Virus record (IMG/VR): IMGVR_UViG_3300007985_000052
Span: 1 to 27,485 of that record
DNA length: 27,485 bases
Direction: 5' to 3' (one strand)
From: a virus
Lineage: Duplodnaviria > Caudoviricetes
The translations under genes and the position numbers were made by a program. Position 1 is the stretch's first letter. Every line of letters starts with the position of its first letter. Shown here piece after piece: positions 1 through 9,043 of the stretch. The notes under the pieces are model-generated. The model did not search any database. It saw nothing but the letters and a program-made list of their open reading frames with translations, and had not been told where the DNA came from.

Positions 1-1308
1 ATAACTTTTGCCAAAACGATCCAGGATATCCTGATCAATCCGGAGATAACGGTCGGCATATTTAGCCATACTAAGGGTATCTCCAGAGGGTTTCTTAAGC
101 AGATCAAATTTGAGTTGGAGACCAATACCCGGCTCAAGCGGCTGTTCCCGGAGATTCTTTACGAGGATCCCAGGGTGGATGCACCGAGGGCCGGTAACCG
201 GTGGACGGACGAAGGCATCACCGTCAAGCGGCTGAGCAACCCGAAGGAAGCAACAGTCGAGGCACACGGGGTAGTCGATGGACAACCCACCGGCAAGCAT
301 TTCAGCCTGCTCGTCTATGACGACATCGTCACCCTCGAGTCGGTCTCTACACCGGAGCAGATCAAGAAGACCACCGAGGCCCTGGCGATCAGCTACAACC
401 TTGGTGCCCACGGTGGCCGGCGACGGTTCATCGGTACCCGGTACCACTTCGGCGACACCTACAAGACGCTGATCGAGCGGGGCACGGCAGAACCAAGGAT
501 TTACCCGGCAACGGATGACGGCAAGGACACCGGGAACCCGGTTTTTTTAACCAGGGAGTCATTAAATGAGAAGAGACGCGATATGGGCCCCTATGTTTTT
601 GGTTGCCAAATGTTGCTAAATCCGTCCGCAGACGCCGCACAGGGCTTTAAAGAGGAGTGGCTGTCATATTACGAGACGGAGCCGAGGATGGGCGAGTTGA
701 ACATCTATATCGTCGTCGACCCGGCCAACGAGAAGAAGAAGGCCTCGGACTATACGACCATGTGGGTTGTCGGGTTGGCCACCGACCAGAAGTATTACCT
801 GCTCGACGGCATCCATGACCGACTGAACCTGACCGAGAGGACCAACGCGCTCTTTGAGCTGCACGGGGAGTATACGCCGGACGGGGTTGGCTACGAGCAT
901 TTTGGCATGCAGGGCGATATCCAGCATATCGAGGGGGAGATGGACCGGCTGCGTTACCGGTTTGAGATCACCCCGCTCACCGACTCCACGCCCAAGGTGG
1001 ATAGGATAAAAAGGCTGGTGCCGCTCTTTGAGCAAAAGCGCATCGTCCTACCGCGATCGATATGGCGCACCAACTACGAGGGTCGCCGGGTGAACATTAT
1101 TAATGATCTGATCGAGGATGAGTACAAGCCGTTCCCGGTCATGTCTCATGATGACATGCTCGATAACCTGGCGAACATCCGCCACCCGAAGATGATCATG
1201 GCTTTTCCGCGTGGCTCGCGTCGTAAGCAAAAGGAGTCATGGCAGGATAAATTAAAACGCAAGATTGCCGCCACCTCCGGGTCCGGCAAAACCTTTATGT
1301 CGAGCTGA
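1..1308 (+). CDS. terL: Phage terminase large subunit (5'-truncated by window)
   Basis: Frame is open from base 1 (ITFAKTIQDIL...), so the listed TTG at 115 is internal. Walker B-like TGKHFSLLVYDDIV, coupling motif IGTRYH, RNase H-like nuclease motifs IVVDPA and HDDMLD. Directly upstream of portal. Confidence 0.92.
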   Translation: MTFAKTIQDILINPEITVGIFSHTKGISRGFLKQIKFELETNTRLKRLFPEILYEDPRVDAPRAGNRWTDEGITVKRLSNPKEATVEAHGVVDGQPTGKHFSLLVYDDIVTLESVSTPEQIKKTTEALAISYNLGAHGGRRRFIGTRYHFGDTYKTLIERGTAEPRIYPATDDGKDTGNPVFLTRESLNEKRRDMGPYVFGCQMLLNPSADAAQGFKEEWLSYYETEPRMGELNIYIVVDPANEKKKASDYTTMWVVGLATDQKYYLLDGIHDRLNLTERTNALFELHGEYTPDGVGYEHFGMQGDIQHIEGEMDRLRYRFEITPLTDSTPKVDRIKRLVPLFEQKRIVLPRSIWRTNYEGRRVNIINDLIEDEYKPFPVMSHDDMLDNLANIRHPKMIMAFPRGSRRKQKESWQDKLKRKIAATSGSGKTFMSS

Positions 1309-1309
1309 T

Positions 1310-3475
1310 ATGAGCAAGAGCCCAAAAAACATCGAGTCAGACGAGGACGCCGCCCGGATCAACATGGCCAGGTACGATTACGCCATGAAGAGTGGGCACC
1401 GCGCCTATATCGAGCGGGCCAGATACAACGAGGATATCTACCTCGGCGGCGGCCTGCAGTGGCGCGAGCAGGACCGGCTAGCCATGGGCGATCGGCCAAT
1501 GGTCGAGCTTAACCATATCCTGCCGGCGGTCAACACCGCCACGGGCCTGCAGCTGCACTCCCGGGTGGATATGCAGTTTCTCCCGGCAGGCGGCCAGGCG
1601 GACCAGCAGTCGGCAACGGTAATGAGTAAGGTGGTCGGGCAGATCTGCAACCAGATCGACTACCACTGGGCGGAGAGCCAGGCTTATGAGGACGGGCTGA
1701 TCCAGCAACGCGGTTATCTTGATTTCAGGATGGATTTCGCCGGCAACATGAAGGGCTCCATCGAGCTCGAGATCCTCGACCCGATGGACGTCAAGCCGGA
1801 CCCGGACGCCAGGTCATACGACCCGAAATATTGGAATGATGTCATCATCGATCGCTGGATGACCTATGACGATATCGCCGAGAGATACTCGGCAGAGCTG
1901 GCCGATCAGGTCGAGCAGCAGGCGGACGCCTATTACGGTATGGACGACAGCTTCCTTGGCCGGCCACACTTTAACGAAGACTCCGACGGCACCGGCTTTG
2001 ACGGCTGGGTGACCCAGGACGGCGATGACCGCTCGACGCGGTTGTACCTTGTCATAGATCGCCAGCACCGCCGCGTCTCGCGGGGCAAGGTCTTTGTTGC
2101 CTGGACCGGCGAGGTGACGCCGCTTGATCTGATGGATGAGGCGGACATTGCCCGTTCCCTGGACGGCGGTATCGAAACCATTATGAACTACCGACGCATC
2201 ATGTGGACCGTCACCTGCGGCGCGGTGGTGCTGCACAACGACTGGTCGCCCTATAAGACCTACACCACGGTACCGTACTTCCCCTATTTTCGGAGAGGAC
2301 GCACCCGGGGCATGGTCGACAACCTGACCAGCCCCCAGGAGCTGGAGAACAAGAGCATCACCAATTATCTGGAGATCCTCGGCAGCACCAGCAACTCCGG
2401 CTGGGACGTGCCCGAAGGCGTCATGATCAACATGGAACCGGAGGACCTGGAGAAGAACGGCTCGAAGAATGGCCTGGTCATCGTTTCCAAGGTCAATCCC
2501 GCCGGGCTCAAGCCGACACGTCGGGCGCCGAACCCGATGCCTCTTGGTACCGATAAACTTATTGATCGGGCCGAGTTCGCCATCAAAACCATTTCTGGGA
2601 TGAGTGACGCGCTGCAGGGCCAGCATGGCAACGAGGTCTCCGGCAAGGCAATCCAGTCCAAGCAGTATATGGGCCAGACGCAGATGGGCCGACCGCTGGA
2701 CAACCTGGCATTCACCAGGCGGCTTGCGGCAAAGAAGATCGTCGAGTTGGTGCAGCAGTTCTACACCGAGGAGCAGGTTATCCGCATCATGGATATGGAC
2801 ACCAACAAGGTCAAGGAGGAGCTGGTCATCAACCAGGTCACCGTCGACGGCATCCTCAACGACGTGACCATCGGTACCTATGACGTGGTCATCTCCGAGA
2901 CGCCGACCCATGCAACATTCGAGAACGGCCAGTTTGATCAGCTGATGGCCATGCGCGAGTCCGGGGTGCAGATCCCCGACGCCCATGTCATCGGCGCATC
3001 AAGCTACGCCAAGAAACACGAACTGCTCGAGGAGATTGAGGCGGTCAGTGCGGCACAGACCGAGGATCCGATGACCCAGGCAGAGACCGACGAGAAGGTA
3101 GCCAGCGCCGAGCTCAAACGGGCTCAGGCGAGGAAGGCGATGGCCGATGCGATCAATACCTCGGTCGAATCGAAATACAGTGCGGTGCAGACGGCAGGCG
3201 TCATCGCCGCCCAGCCGACCACCGCACCGCTTGCCGATGTGCTGCTGCGTTCCAGCGGCGACATAGATATGGATAAGCCACCGCTCCTGCCGGAATACCC
3301 GATGGATGGCCAGGAGGTTTTCCGTGAGGAAGGCCAGCGCCCGACCGAGTTCCCGGCAGGCGCGGCAGCTGATTTCCCCACCAACACCAACCCATTAACC
3401 CCGGTACCGCCACCGGATCCACCGTCCCCACTTGTCGGCGTACAGCAGGGGATAGAGACTAAGGTTATTGACTGA
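1310..3475 (+). CDS. Portal protein (P22/N4-like)
   Basis: ATG at 1310, 1 nt after the terminase TGA. ~720 aa with portal-like segments (Y..GGGLQW, N.I.PAVN, DP.DV.PDPDA, VPYFPYFRRG..RGMV, SGKAIQSKQ, G.YDVVISETP) and a Pro-rich C-terminal tail. Canonical position. Confidence 0.9.
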   Translation: MSKSPKNIESDEDAARINMARYDYAMKSGHRAYIERARYNEDIYLGGGLQWREQDRLAMGDRPMVELNHILPAVNTATGLQLHSRVDMQFLPAGGQADQQSATVMSKVVGQICNQIDYHWAESQAYEDGLIQQRGYLDFRMDFAGNMKGSIELEILDPMDVKPDPDARSYDPKYWNDVIIDRWMTYDDIAERYSAELADQVEQQADAYYGMDDSFLGRPHFNEDSDGTGFDGWVTQDGDDRSTRLYLVIDRQHRRVSRGKVFVAWTGEVTPLDLMDEADIARSLDGGIETIMNYRRIMWTVTCGAVVLHNDWSPYKTYTTVPYFPYFRRGRTRGMVDNLTSPQELENKSITNYLEILGSTSNSGWDVPEGVMINMEPEDLEKNGSKNGLVIVSKVNPAGLKPTRRAPNPMPLGTDKLIDRAEFAIKTISGMSDALQGQHGNEVSGKAIQSKQYMGQTQMGRPLDNLAFTRRLAAKKIVELVQQFYTEEQVIRIMDMDTNKVKEELVINQVTVDGILNDVTIGTYDVVISETPTHATFENGQFDQLMAMRESGVQIPDAHVIGASSYAKKHELLEEIEAVSAAQTEDPMTQAETDEKVASAELKRAQARKAMADAINTSVESKYSAVQTAGVIAAQPTTAPLADVLLRSSGDIDMDKPPLLPEYPMDGQEVFREEGQRPTEFPAGAAADFPTNTNPLTPVPPPDPPSPLVGVQQGIETKVID

Positions 3476-3719
3476 TAACAGGAGAGACGCATTGATCAAC
3501 GAGGGATTCATCGACGGCGACGCAACCATTGAAAACAACTTCACCCACCACGTTCCTGGCGAGGGTGACGCCGAACGTTACGAGGCGATCAGGGACCAGG
3601 GCAAGGAATTTGCCTACCTGCTCCTCGACATCGCACCAGCCTCGGTAGAGCGGGGCAACGCCATACGAAAAATCGAAGAAGCGGTCTTTTGGGCCAACGC
3701 GGCCGTGGCCAGAAACTGA
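3468..3719 (+). CDS. Small helical-hairpin protein resembling Acb2/Tad1-hairpin family (candidate immune-signal sponge)
   Basis: 83 aa, TTG start overlapping the portal end. NNFTHH.P...RYEAIR...SVERGNAIRKIEEAVFWANAAVARN resembles the S-R-E-x-x-x-A-x-T-x-x-E-E-A-x-M-W helix I recall for Tad1-like proteins. Start position uncertain. Confidence 0.55.
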   Translation: MTDNRRDALINEGFIDGDATIENNFTHHVPGEGDAERYEAIRDQGKEFAYLLLDIAPASVERGNAIRKIEEAVFWANAAVARN

Positions 3720-3754
3720 TCAGCAACTGACAACCTAGATAAGGATATTAAACC

Positions 3755-4768
3755 ATGCCGGTGGATAACGATAATTTGATAGCAGAAGAAGAGATGTTCG
3801 TCATGAGTTTTGACACTCTCAAGGGCGAGGTGCCCGAAGACGTGGCCATGGCCCGTGGCGATATGCCCGACGAGGCCGACCTGGAAAAACCGGTCGAGCT
3901 GATCCTCGATGAGGACAAGCCGGAAGAGGACGAAGAAGATGTCCAGGTGGAACCGGAGAAGGAAGAGGATCCGGCGGCCGTGGAGCAGGAGGAGGAACCC
4001 GCCGCTGAACAGGCTGCGGAGGAGATCGTGGTGGAAGCCGAGCCGGAGAAGACCACACCGGTCAACGTACCCTATGGCCGATTTTCCGAAAAAGTCGTCG
4101 AAATCAACTACCTCAAGCAAAAGATCGCCGACCTCGAGGCCGCCCAGAATTCGCCGCACGTGGCGCAGGACGGCACCCAGGCCCCGGCCTTTGATATCAA
4201 GGCAAAGTACCAGCAGTACGCCGATCTGGTCGCCGATGGCGAGACCAAGGAGGCGGCGCAGGTTATGTTCGAGATCGATCAATATAAGGAGCAGCAGTCA
4301 GAGCTGCGCATCCTGAAAGGTATCGAGACAAGCAAAGACGTGGCTATCGCCCAGGATGTCGTCGACGATATCCTGCAGTCGCACGGGGAATGGTTTGCCA
4401 ATCAGCGCAACAACCAGGCCTTTAACCGGGCCAAGATGGCCTATATGCGCGAAGACGGCATGTCGTTGTCCCAGGCCCTGACCGAGGCACGAGAGGTGTT
4501 TTTTGGCGAACGGATCAAGGCAACGGCGCCAACTGCATCAGCGATCGATGCCGGCAAGGAAAAGATCGCCGAACTGAAGGCGGCGCAGCAGAAGAAGGCT
4601 ATCGAGACCAAGGCCAATGCGGCCAAGCAACCGATGTCCATGAACGTCGGGCGGAGCAACCGTGACAAGACGGCCGACCCGGCCGCCAACGCCCTGGCTA
4701 TTCCAGAGGCGGAGTACAAAAGCATGTCGCTGAAACAGAAGCGACAGAACAGGGGCGATTTCGTTTAA
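3755..4768 (+). CDS. Probable capsid scaffolding protein
   Basis: Very acidic low-complexity N-terminus, VPYGRFSE motif, coiled-coil middle, basic C-terminal helix (EYKSMSLKQKRQNRGDFV). Lies between portal and capsid; RBS-like AAGGA upstream. Confidence 0.75.
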   Translation: MPVDNDNLIAEEEMFVMSFDTLKGEVPEDVAMARGDMPDEADLEKPVELILDEDKPEEDEEDVQVEPEKEEDPAAVEQEEEPAAEQAAEEIVVEAEPEKTTPVNVPYGRFSEKVVEINYLKQKIADLEAAQNSPHVAQDGTQAPAFDIKAKYQQYADLVADGETKEAAQVMFEIDQYKEQQSELRILKGIETSKDVAIAQDVVDDILQSHGEWFANQRNNQAFNRAKMAYMREDGMSLSQALTEAREVFFGERIKATAPTASAIDAGKEKIAELKAAQQKKAIETKANAAKQPMSMNVGRSNRDKTADPAANALAIPEAEYKSMSLKQKRQNRGDFV

Positions 4769-4774
4769 CCCCCG

Positions 4775-4940
4775 ACAGGAGGGATGGCGGGCTTAGATAG
4801 CCGCCATGCCTGTAGTACGACCAATCGTGGCGCGTCGTTAAAGGCTCCAACGTTACAGCCCCCAGCAAGCGTTATTGCTGATCCAGGTCACCACACGACC
4901 GTTAATAGTGCGGAAAAACAATCATATGCACACGTTTTTC
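4775..4940 (+). promoter_or_regulatory. Structured non-coding leader between scaffold and major capsid genes
   Basis: Inverted repeats ACAGG/CCTGT (4775/4809) enclosing ATGGCGG/CCGCCAT (4784/4801), ACGAC/GTCGT (4817/4834), CAGCAA/TTGCTG (4863/4875), GGTC/GACC (4886/4897) and GAAAAAC/GTTTTTC (4913/4934). CGTTA occurs 4 times. Confidence 0.5.
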
Positions 4941-4962
4941 TAACCATTAATTGGAGATCACA

Positions 4963-6081
4963 ATGAACGCTACAAACTTTGCGGCACTTACTTCCGAACA
5001 AAAAACCTATTGGATGCGCGAGGTCTGGACCTATATGCGCTCCGAGTCCTTCGTCGCCAAACTGCTCGGTACCGGCACCAACAGCTGTATCCAGCACATC
5101 AAGGCCCTGACCAAGACCGAGAAGGGGACCCGGGCGATTATGCAGCTGGTTGCCGACCTCAGAAAGCGCGGCGTTGCCAATGACAACGAGCGGGAAGGGA
5201 AAGAAGAGGCACTGCAGAACTACGACATCGACATCAACATGGGCCTCATCTCTCATCAGGTGAAGAATAAAGGTAAGCTGTCTGACCAGAATTCGGTCAT
5301 CAACTTTCGCGAGACCGCCAATGACCGGCTAAAATATTGGTTGGCAGAGGCTATCGACACCATGGCATTTCTAACCCTGTCCGGTATCAGCTACAACTAC
5401 AACCTCGACGGATCCACCTACTCCGTGGAGGAAGACGAGGAAAACCCCTGGAGCGAGTTGTCCTTTGCCGAAGATGTCACTGCGCCGTCAGCCGGCCGCC
5501 ATTTCTATTTCAATGGCACCGACCTCATCGACGGCGACACGGCGGCGATCACCTCCGCCTGCACGCCGAAATACGGCATGCTTGTTGACCTCAAGGCATA
5601 TGCTCGTACCAGCCACATGAAACCACTGCGTATCGGCGGCAAGGACAACTATATCTACCTTTGTGATCCTCGCGTGCTTGCCGGATTAAAGAAAGACGGT
5701 GATTTTCTCTCTGCTGTCGTTCAGGCAGGCGCGCGCGGAAAAGACAACCCCTTCTTCTCCGGGGCCACCTTTACCGTCGACGGCCTGATCATCATGGAGC
5801 ACGAGAAGTGCTTTAATACCAAGGGCGCAGCAGCCTCCGCCAAATGGGGATCCGATGGCAACGTCGACGGTACCCGTTCGCTGTTCCTTGGCGCCCAGGC
5901 GCTCGGTATGGTCGATGTCGGCGCACCGGACTGGATCGAGAAGACCTTCAACTACGGGGCTGTCCAGGGTATTTCCACCGACAAGTTTATCGGATTCCGT
6001 AAGCCGCGATTTGACAACCAGTACACGAAAAATGCCGACGAGGACTTCGGCGTGGCCTGTGTCGATTTGTTTCTGAAGTAG
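4963..6081 (+). CDS. Major capsid protein (N4-gp56/DUF4043-like)
   Basis: ATG at 4963 with GGAG RBS at 4953. 372 aa; TNFAALT.EQK..W, LTKTEKG.RA...L.ADL...GV..D..REG.EE.L, NPFF.G....VDG.I..EH, R.LFLGAQAL, DFGV..VD are typical of this capsid family. Position after scaffold. Confidence 0.9.
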   Translation: MNATNFAALTSEQKTYWMREVWTYMRSESFVAKLLGTGTNSCIQHIKALTKTEKGTRAIMQLVADLRKRGVANDNEREGKEEALQNYDIDINMGLISHQVKNKGKLSDQNSVINFRETANDRLKYWLAEAIDTMAFLTLSGISYNYNLDGSTYSVEEDEENPWSELSFAEDVTAPSAGRHFYFNGTDLIDGDTAAITSACTPKYGMLVDLKAYARTSHMKPLRIGGKDNYIYLCDPRVLAGLKKDGDFLSAVVQAGARGKDNPFFSGATFTVDGLIIMEHEKCFNTKGAAASAKWGSDGNVDGTRSLFLGAQALGMVDVGAPDWIEKTFNYGAVQGISTDKFIGFRKPRFDNQYTKNADEDFGVACVDLFLK

Positions 6082-6096
6082 ACAGTCTTTTTTTTG

Positions 6097-6128
6097 ATGG
6101 CGGCTACCCCTGACCGGATGGCCGCCAT
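6097..6128 (+). promoter_or_regulatory. GC-rich hairpin after capsid gene (RNA processing/stability element?)
   Basis: ATGGCGGCTA (6097-6106) pairs with TGGCCGCCAT (6119-6128), with one G-U. The T8 run lies upstream of the stem, so it is not a canonical intrinsic terminator. Confidence 0.45.
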
Positions 6129-6170
6129 GTAACGATACGCAGCACCCTATCAATCACAAAGGAGCACACC

Positions 6171-6572
6171 ATGTCCGCAAGTTTAAAAGTACGATCCGAG
6201 GGGATACAGTCCCCCATTTACCGCGTTGCCAAGTTTGATTTTACCGATTTCCCAGGCACCGATTTTGTCCCGGTCTTCGATATCCCCGGCGACGCAATCC
6301 CCACCGGCGGTTTCCTGGTTATCGACACCGTGTTCGGCGCAGGTCAGACTCTGGCGGTCGGTATAGCAACCGACACCGACGCCTACCTGACCGCGACCAC
6401 CGCAGCGGCTGCGGCCAAGACCGCGCTCAATGCCACATTTTTAAACGGTGGCAAACCACTCGGCAGTCGCAAGACCGTTGGGTTGACCGCCTCGGCCGCG
6501 CTCACGCTCGGTAAGGGCTACCTGGTCCTCGAATATGTCTGTGTTAATCGCAGCCAGGGTACCCAGGGCTAA
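6171..6572 (+). CDS. Putative capsid decoration/cement protein
   Basis: 133 aa, strong RBS (AAGGAG), beta-rich Ala/Thr/Gly composition, immediately after the capsid gene. Function inferred from position. Confidence 0.55.
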   Translation: MSASLKVRSEGIQSPIYRVAKFDFTDFPGTDFVPVFDIPGDAIPTGGFLVIDTVFGAGQTLAVGIATDTDAYLTATTAAAAAKTALNATFLNGGKPLGSRKTVGLTASAALTLGKGYLVLEYVCVNRSQGTQG

Positions 6573-6573
6573 A

Positions 6574-6606
6574 CAGGCTGTAACCAGGCTGTAACCAGGC
6601 TGTAAT
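6574..6606. repeat. 3 x 11-bp tandem repeat CAGGCTGTAA(C/T)
   Basis: Copies at 6574, 6585 and 6596 directly after the stop codon. Followed by hairpin GGTGGACAGG/CCTGCCCACC (6618-6645). Confidence 0.85.
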
Positions 6607-6669
6607 AAATCAACACGGGTGGACAGGATATCGCCCCTGCCCACCTGACTCATCATTTTGGAGGAAACA

Positions 6670-7158
6670 ATGCCGGAACAATATAAAACAAAAAAAGGCC
6701 AGGATCCCGTTCGCCTGGCATCAACGTCTGGACACGTCATCATCATTGGAGGCGACTGGCGCGAGGTGCCGCCGGCCCTTGAGCTTGAGGCGTCCCGGGC
6801 CGGCCTGCTGTCAAAGACCATCTTCAATATGGCTCTCGAGGAGGCCAAGGCGGAGCTGGCCGGGGACGCTGAAGAGGTTGTCCGACCTGGCCCCGCGATT
6901 AAGGCCGACGAACCGGATGTCGATGCGCTGATCAAGACAGAGGCGGCCGGCGTTACCACCGAGGGTGCCGCGCAGAAATCCATCAACATCATGAAGGCGA
7001 TCAGCGAGGTGCTCACCCTGAGTGAAGCAGGCAAAGAGAAAACCCCCGGCGGCAAGAAGTTGGTCAATTCCGGCAACGGCCGACCATTGGTCGATGCGGT
7101 CAGTGAGCTGGCCGGGTTTAAGGTTTCCGTCGTCGATATCGAAGAGGCGCTGAAGTGA
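6670..7158 (+). CDS. Hypothetical virion-assembly protein
   Basis: ATG at 6670 with GGAGG RBS; phage-like codon usage. C-terminal G.P.VDAVSELAGFKVS helical motif. TGA overlaps next GTG. Confidence 0.7.
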   Translation: MPEQYKTKKGQDPVRLASTSGHVIIIGGDWREVPPALELEASRAGLLSKTIFNMALEEAKAELAGDAEEVVRPGPAIKADEPDVDALIKTEAAGVTTEGAAQKSINIMKAISEVLTLSEAGKEKTPGGKKLVNSGNGRPLVDAVSELAGFKVSVVDIEEALK

Positions 7159-7820
7159 ACGGAGAGCAGCTGGTCGATGACATCGTCGACATTGTTGTCG
7201 ATACCACCTACGGCCGCGACTGGATCACTGACCGTCTCAACATCGGCATGAACGAGATCGTCGGCACCGTCCTGTTGCCCGGCCTGTCCGGAGGATTTGC
7301 CGTGGTCAGTACCGTGGTTGGCGATTACCAGGCGGATATGCCGGCCGATTTCCACCGTGAACTGTACACAGCCACGGTGGGCGGTTATTCCGTGGCTGTG
7401 CTGCCCAACCTTGGCGTCATGCGTGATCGTGGATTTACCATCGATGCCGCGTCCACCGGGCCGGTGAGCTGTGTCTGTGTTGATGGTGGCGGCAAGCTGG
7501 TTTATCAGGATACACCGGGATTGGCAACGGAGATCAAGTTGCGCTACTACCGCAAACCGGCGCTCCTTGACGACGACCCATCAAGCTTTACTGATGGCGT
7601 GGCCGGCAACCAGCGGGCTTCCGGACAGCTTGACCGGGCATTGGTCAGTTATGTTTGTGCGGAGATTTTCTCCCGGATAGAGCAGGATCGAGAATCACCG
7701 AAGCGCAACACTCAATATCACGAGGAACGTTACGGTAAGGCAATCTCCGAACTGCTACGCATTACGGGATCTCAACGACCGAGGGCTGTTCCTACTGTTT
7801 GTAAGGTGAGTTGGCCATGA
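7155..7820 (+). CDS. Putative head-tail adaptor protein
   Basis: 221 aa, GTGA-coupled start. Pattern I.D.LN.G..EI, G.Y...MP.DF, I.LRYYRKP..L, ALV.Y....IF resembles P22 gp4/T7 gp11-class adaptors. Confidence 0.6.
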   Translation: MNGEQLVDDIVDIVVDTTYGRDWITDRLNIGMNEIVGTVLLPGLSGGFAVVSTVVGDYQADMPADFHRELYTATVGGYSVAVLPNLGVMRDRGFTIDAASTGPVSCVCVDGGGKLVYQDTPGLATEIKLRYYRKPALLDDDPSSFTDGVAGNQRASGQLDRALVSYVCAEIFSRIEQDRESPKRNTQYHEERYGKAISELLRITGSQRPRAVPTVCKVSWP

Positions 7821-9043
7821 AAATCGGACCATGGCCGAGAGGCATGGATAACCGCCGGGCGGACCACGACCTGAACTCCATGGACGCGGGGATGCCGCTG
7901 GCGGTGCGCAATGCCGTCAATGTGGACTTCTCGGCCAACGGCAAGGTCAGGCGACGCAAGGGTTCGACCCCTGTTTATGTCGGCATCGGCACCAGTCACG
8001 GATTTTCCTGTCCTGCCGGCTGTTTCTTTGCCGAGGGCGGCATGCTAAAGCGGTTCAATAGCGATAACTCATCAACGCCCTTATGCGCACTGGCTGGATC
8101 GCGAATTACCTACCATTATCTGCATGGGGTTGTCTATCTCTCCGATGGTTTGGCGGCGAAAAAGATTGTCGACGGTGTGGTCGGCAATTGGGGCATGGCG
8201 GTTCCCGGCGACGTGACGCTGCACGGTATACCCGGCGACTACTCAGCAGGTGTTTATCTCGGCGCTGTTTCTTTTGTCGATGCCATAGGGGTCGAGTCAG
8301 GTGCATCACGGATAGCCACTGTTTCTCTTGATGCCAACTGCGGAGTGGTTTTCTCCAACCTGCCGGCCACCACCGACCCGCAGGCACTGTTTCTCCGGCT
8401 GTACCTCAGTACACCCAACGGAGCGGAACTGTACCATATCGCCGATGTGGCCATCGGGACTCCATCTTACGCGATCAACACCGGGCGATACGACGATGGC
8501 AATATCCTTGACCTGGCCCATGTTTATCCACCGCCTGCCGGGGACATCATCCGCAGCTACAAGGGCAGAATGTACGTCGCGTCAGGACCGTATGTCTCTT
8601 ATTCAGATCCATTTGAGCCGGACCATTTCCGGGTGGACAACACCCTGCAGTTCCCGGGTGATGTGCAGGTCATGGAGCCGGTTGAAAACGGGATCTTTTT
8701 TGCAACGGACAAGAACACTTTCTTTTATGGCGGGGTGCCGGACGACGGTTTTCAGGTTGCCGATGCTCTCCCCTATGGTGCGATCTTTGGTACCGGCGTC
8801 ACTTTGCCGGACCAGGAGGGCGTCATGTGGCAATCACATCGAGGTTTAATCATGGGAGCAAATGACGGATCGGTAAAAAACCTGCAGGAAGAAAACGTTG
8901 CAACAGAATCCGGTACGTCCGGGGCGATGCTCGTTCGTCGGCAGGATGGAATCAAACAGGCCATTGCGGTCATTAACAACCCACAGGCTTCCAGCCTGTC
9001 GGCAAGCAGCTTTATTGAAGCAGAAATTATAAGGAGGTCTTAA
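7817..9043 (+). CDS. Putative tail nozzle/head-closure (beta-propeller-like) protein
   Basis: ATG at 7817 (ATGA overlap). P.GMDN..., RNAVNVDF...GK.RRRKG start and YKGRMYVA.G..V.YSDP blade motif resemble podoviral nozzle/stabilisation proteins. Confidence 0.6.
   Translation: MKIGPWPRGMDNRRADHDLNSMDAGMPLAVRNAVNVDFSANGKVRRRKGSTPVYVGIGTSHGFSCPAGCFFAEGGMLKRFNSDNSSTPLCALAGSRITYHYLHGVVYLSDGLAAKKIVDGVVGNWGMAVPGDVTLHGIPGDYSAGVYLGAVSFVDAIGVESGASRIATVSLDANCGVVFSNLPATTDPQALFLRLYLSTPNGAELYHIADVAIGTPSYAINTGRYDDGNILDLAHVYPPPAGDIIRSYKGRMYVASGPYVSYSDPFEPDHFRVDNTLQFPGDVQVMEPVENGIFFATDKNTFFYGGVPDDGFQVADALPYGAIFGTGVTLPDQEGVMWQSHRGLIMGANDGSVKNLQEENVATESGTSGAMLVRRQDGIKQAIAVINNPQASSLSASSFIEAEIIRRS

Noticed and set aside
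1814-2986. 390-aa minus-strand ORF (also 3614-4282, 21404-22396, 26669-27379 and similar)
   Set aside because: Antisense shadows of GC3-rich genes. V/L/H/D-biased composition, no motifs, and fully overlapping well-supported + strand genes.
4784-4966. 60-aa ORF in the scaffold-capsid gap
   Set aside because: Start codon lies inside a strong stem and the peptide is featureless. The region is better explained as structured RNA, though a leader peptide is not excluded.
6086-6128. Rho-independent terminator after capsid gene
   Set aside because: The T-tract precedes the stem on the + strand and there is no A-tract for a minus-strand terminator.
6441-7355. 304-aa minus-strand ORF spanning three genes and an intergenic gap
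   Set aside because: Its composition changes with the frame of the underlying + genes, as expected for a chance shadow. No recognisable domain.
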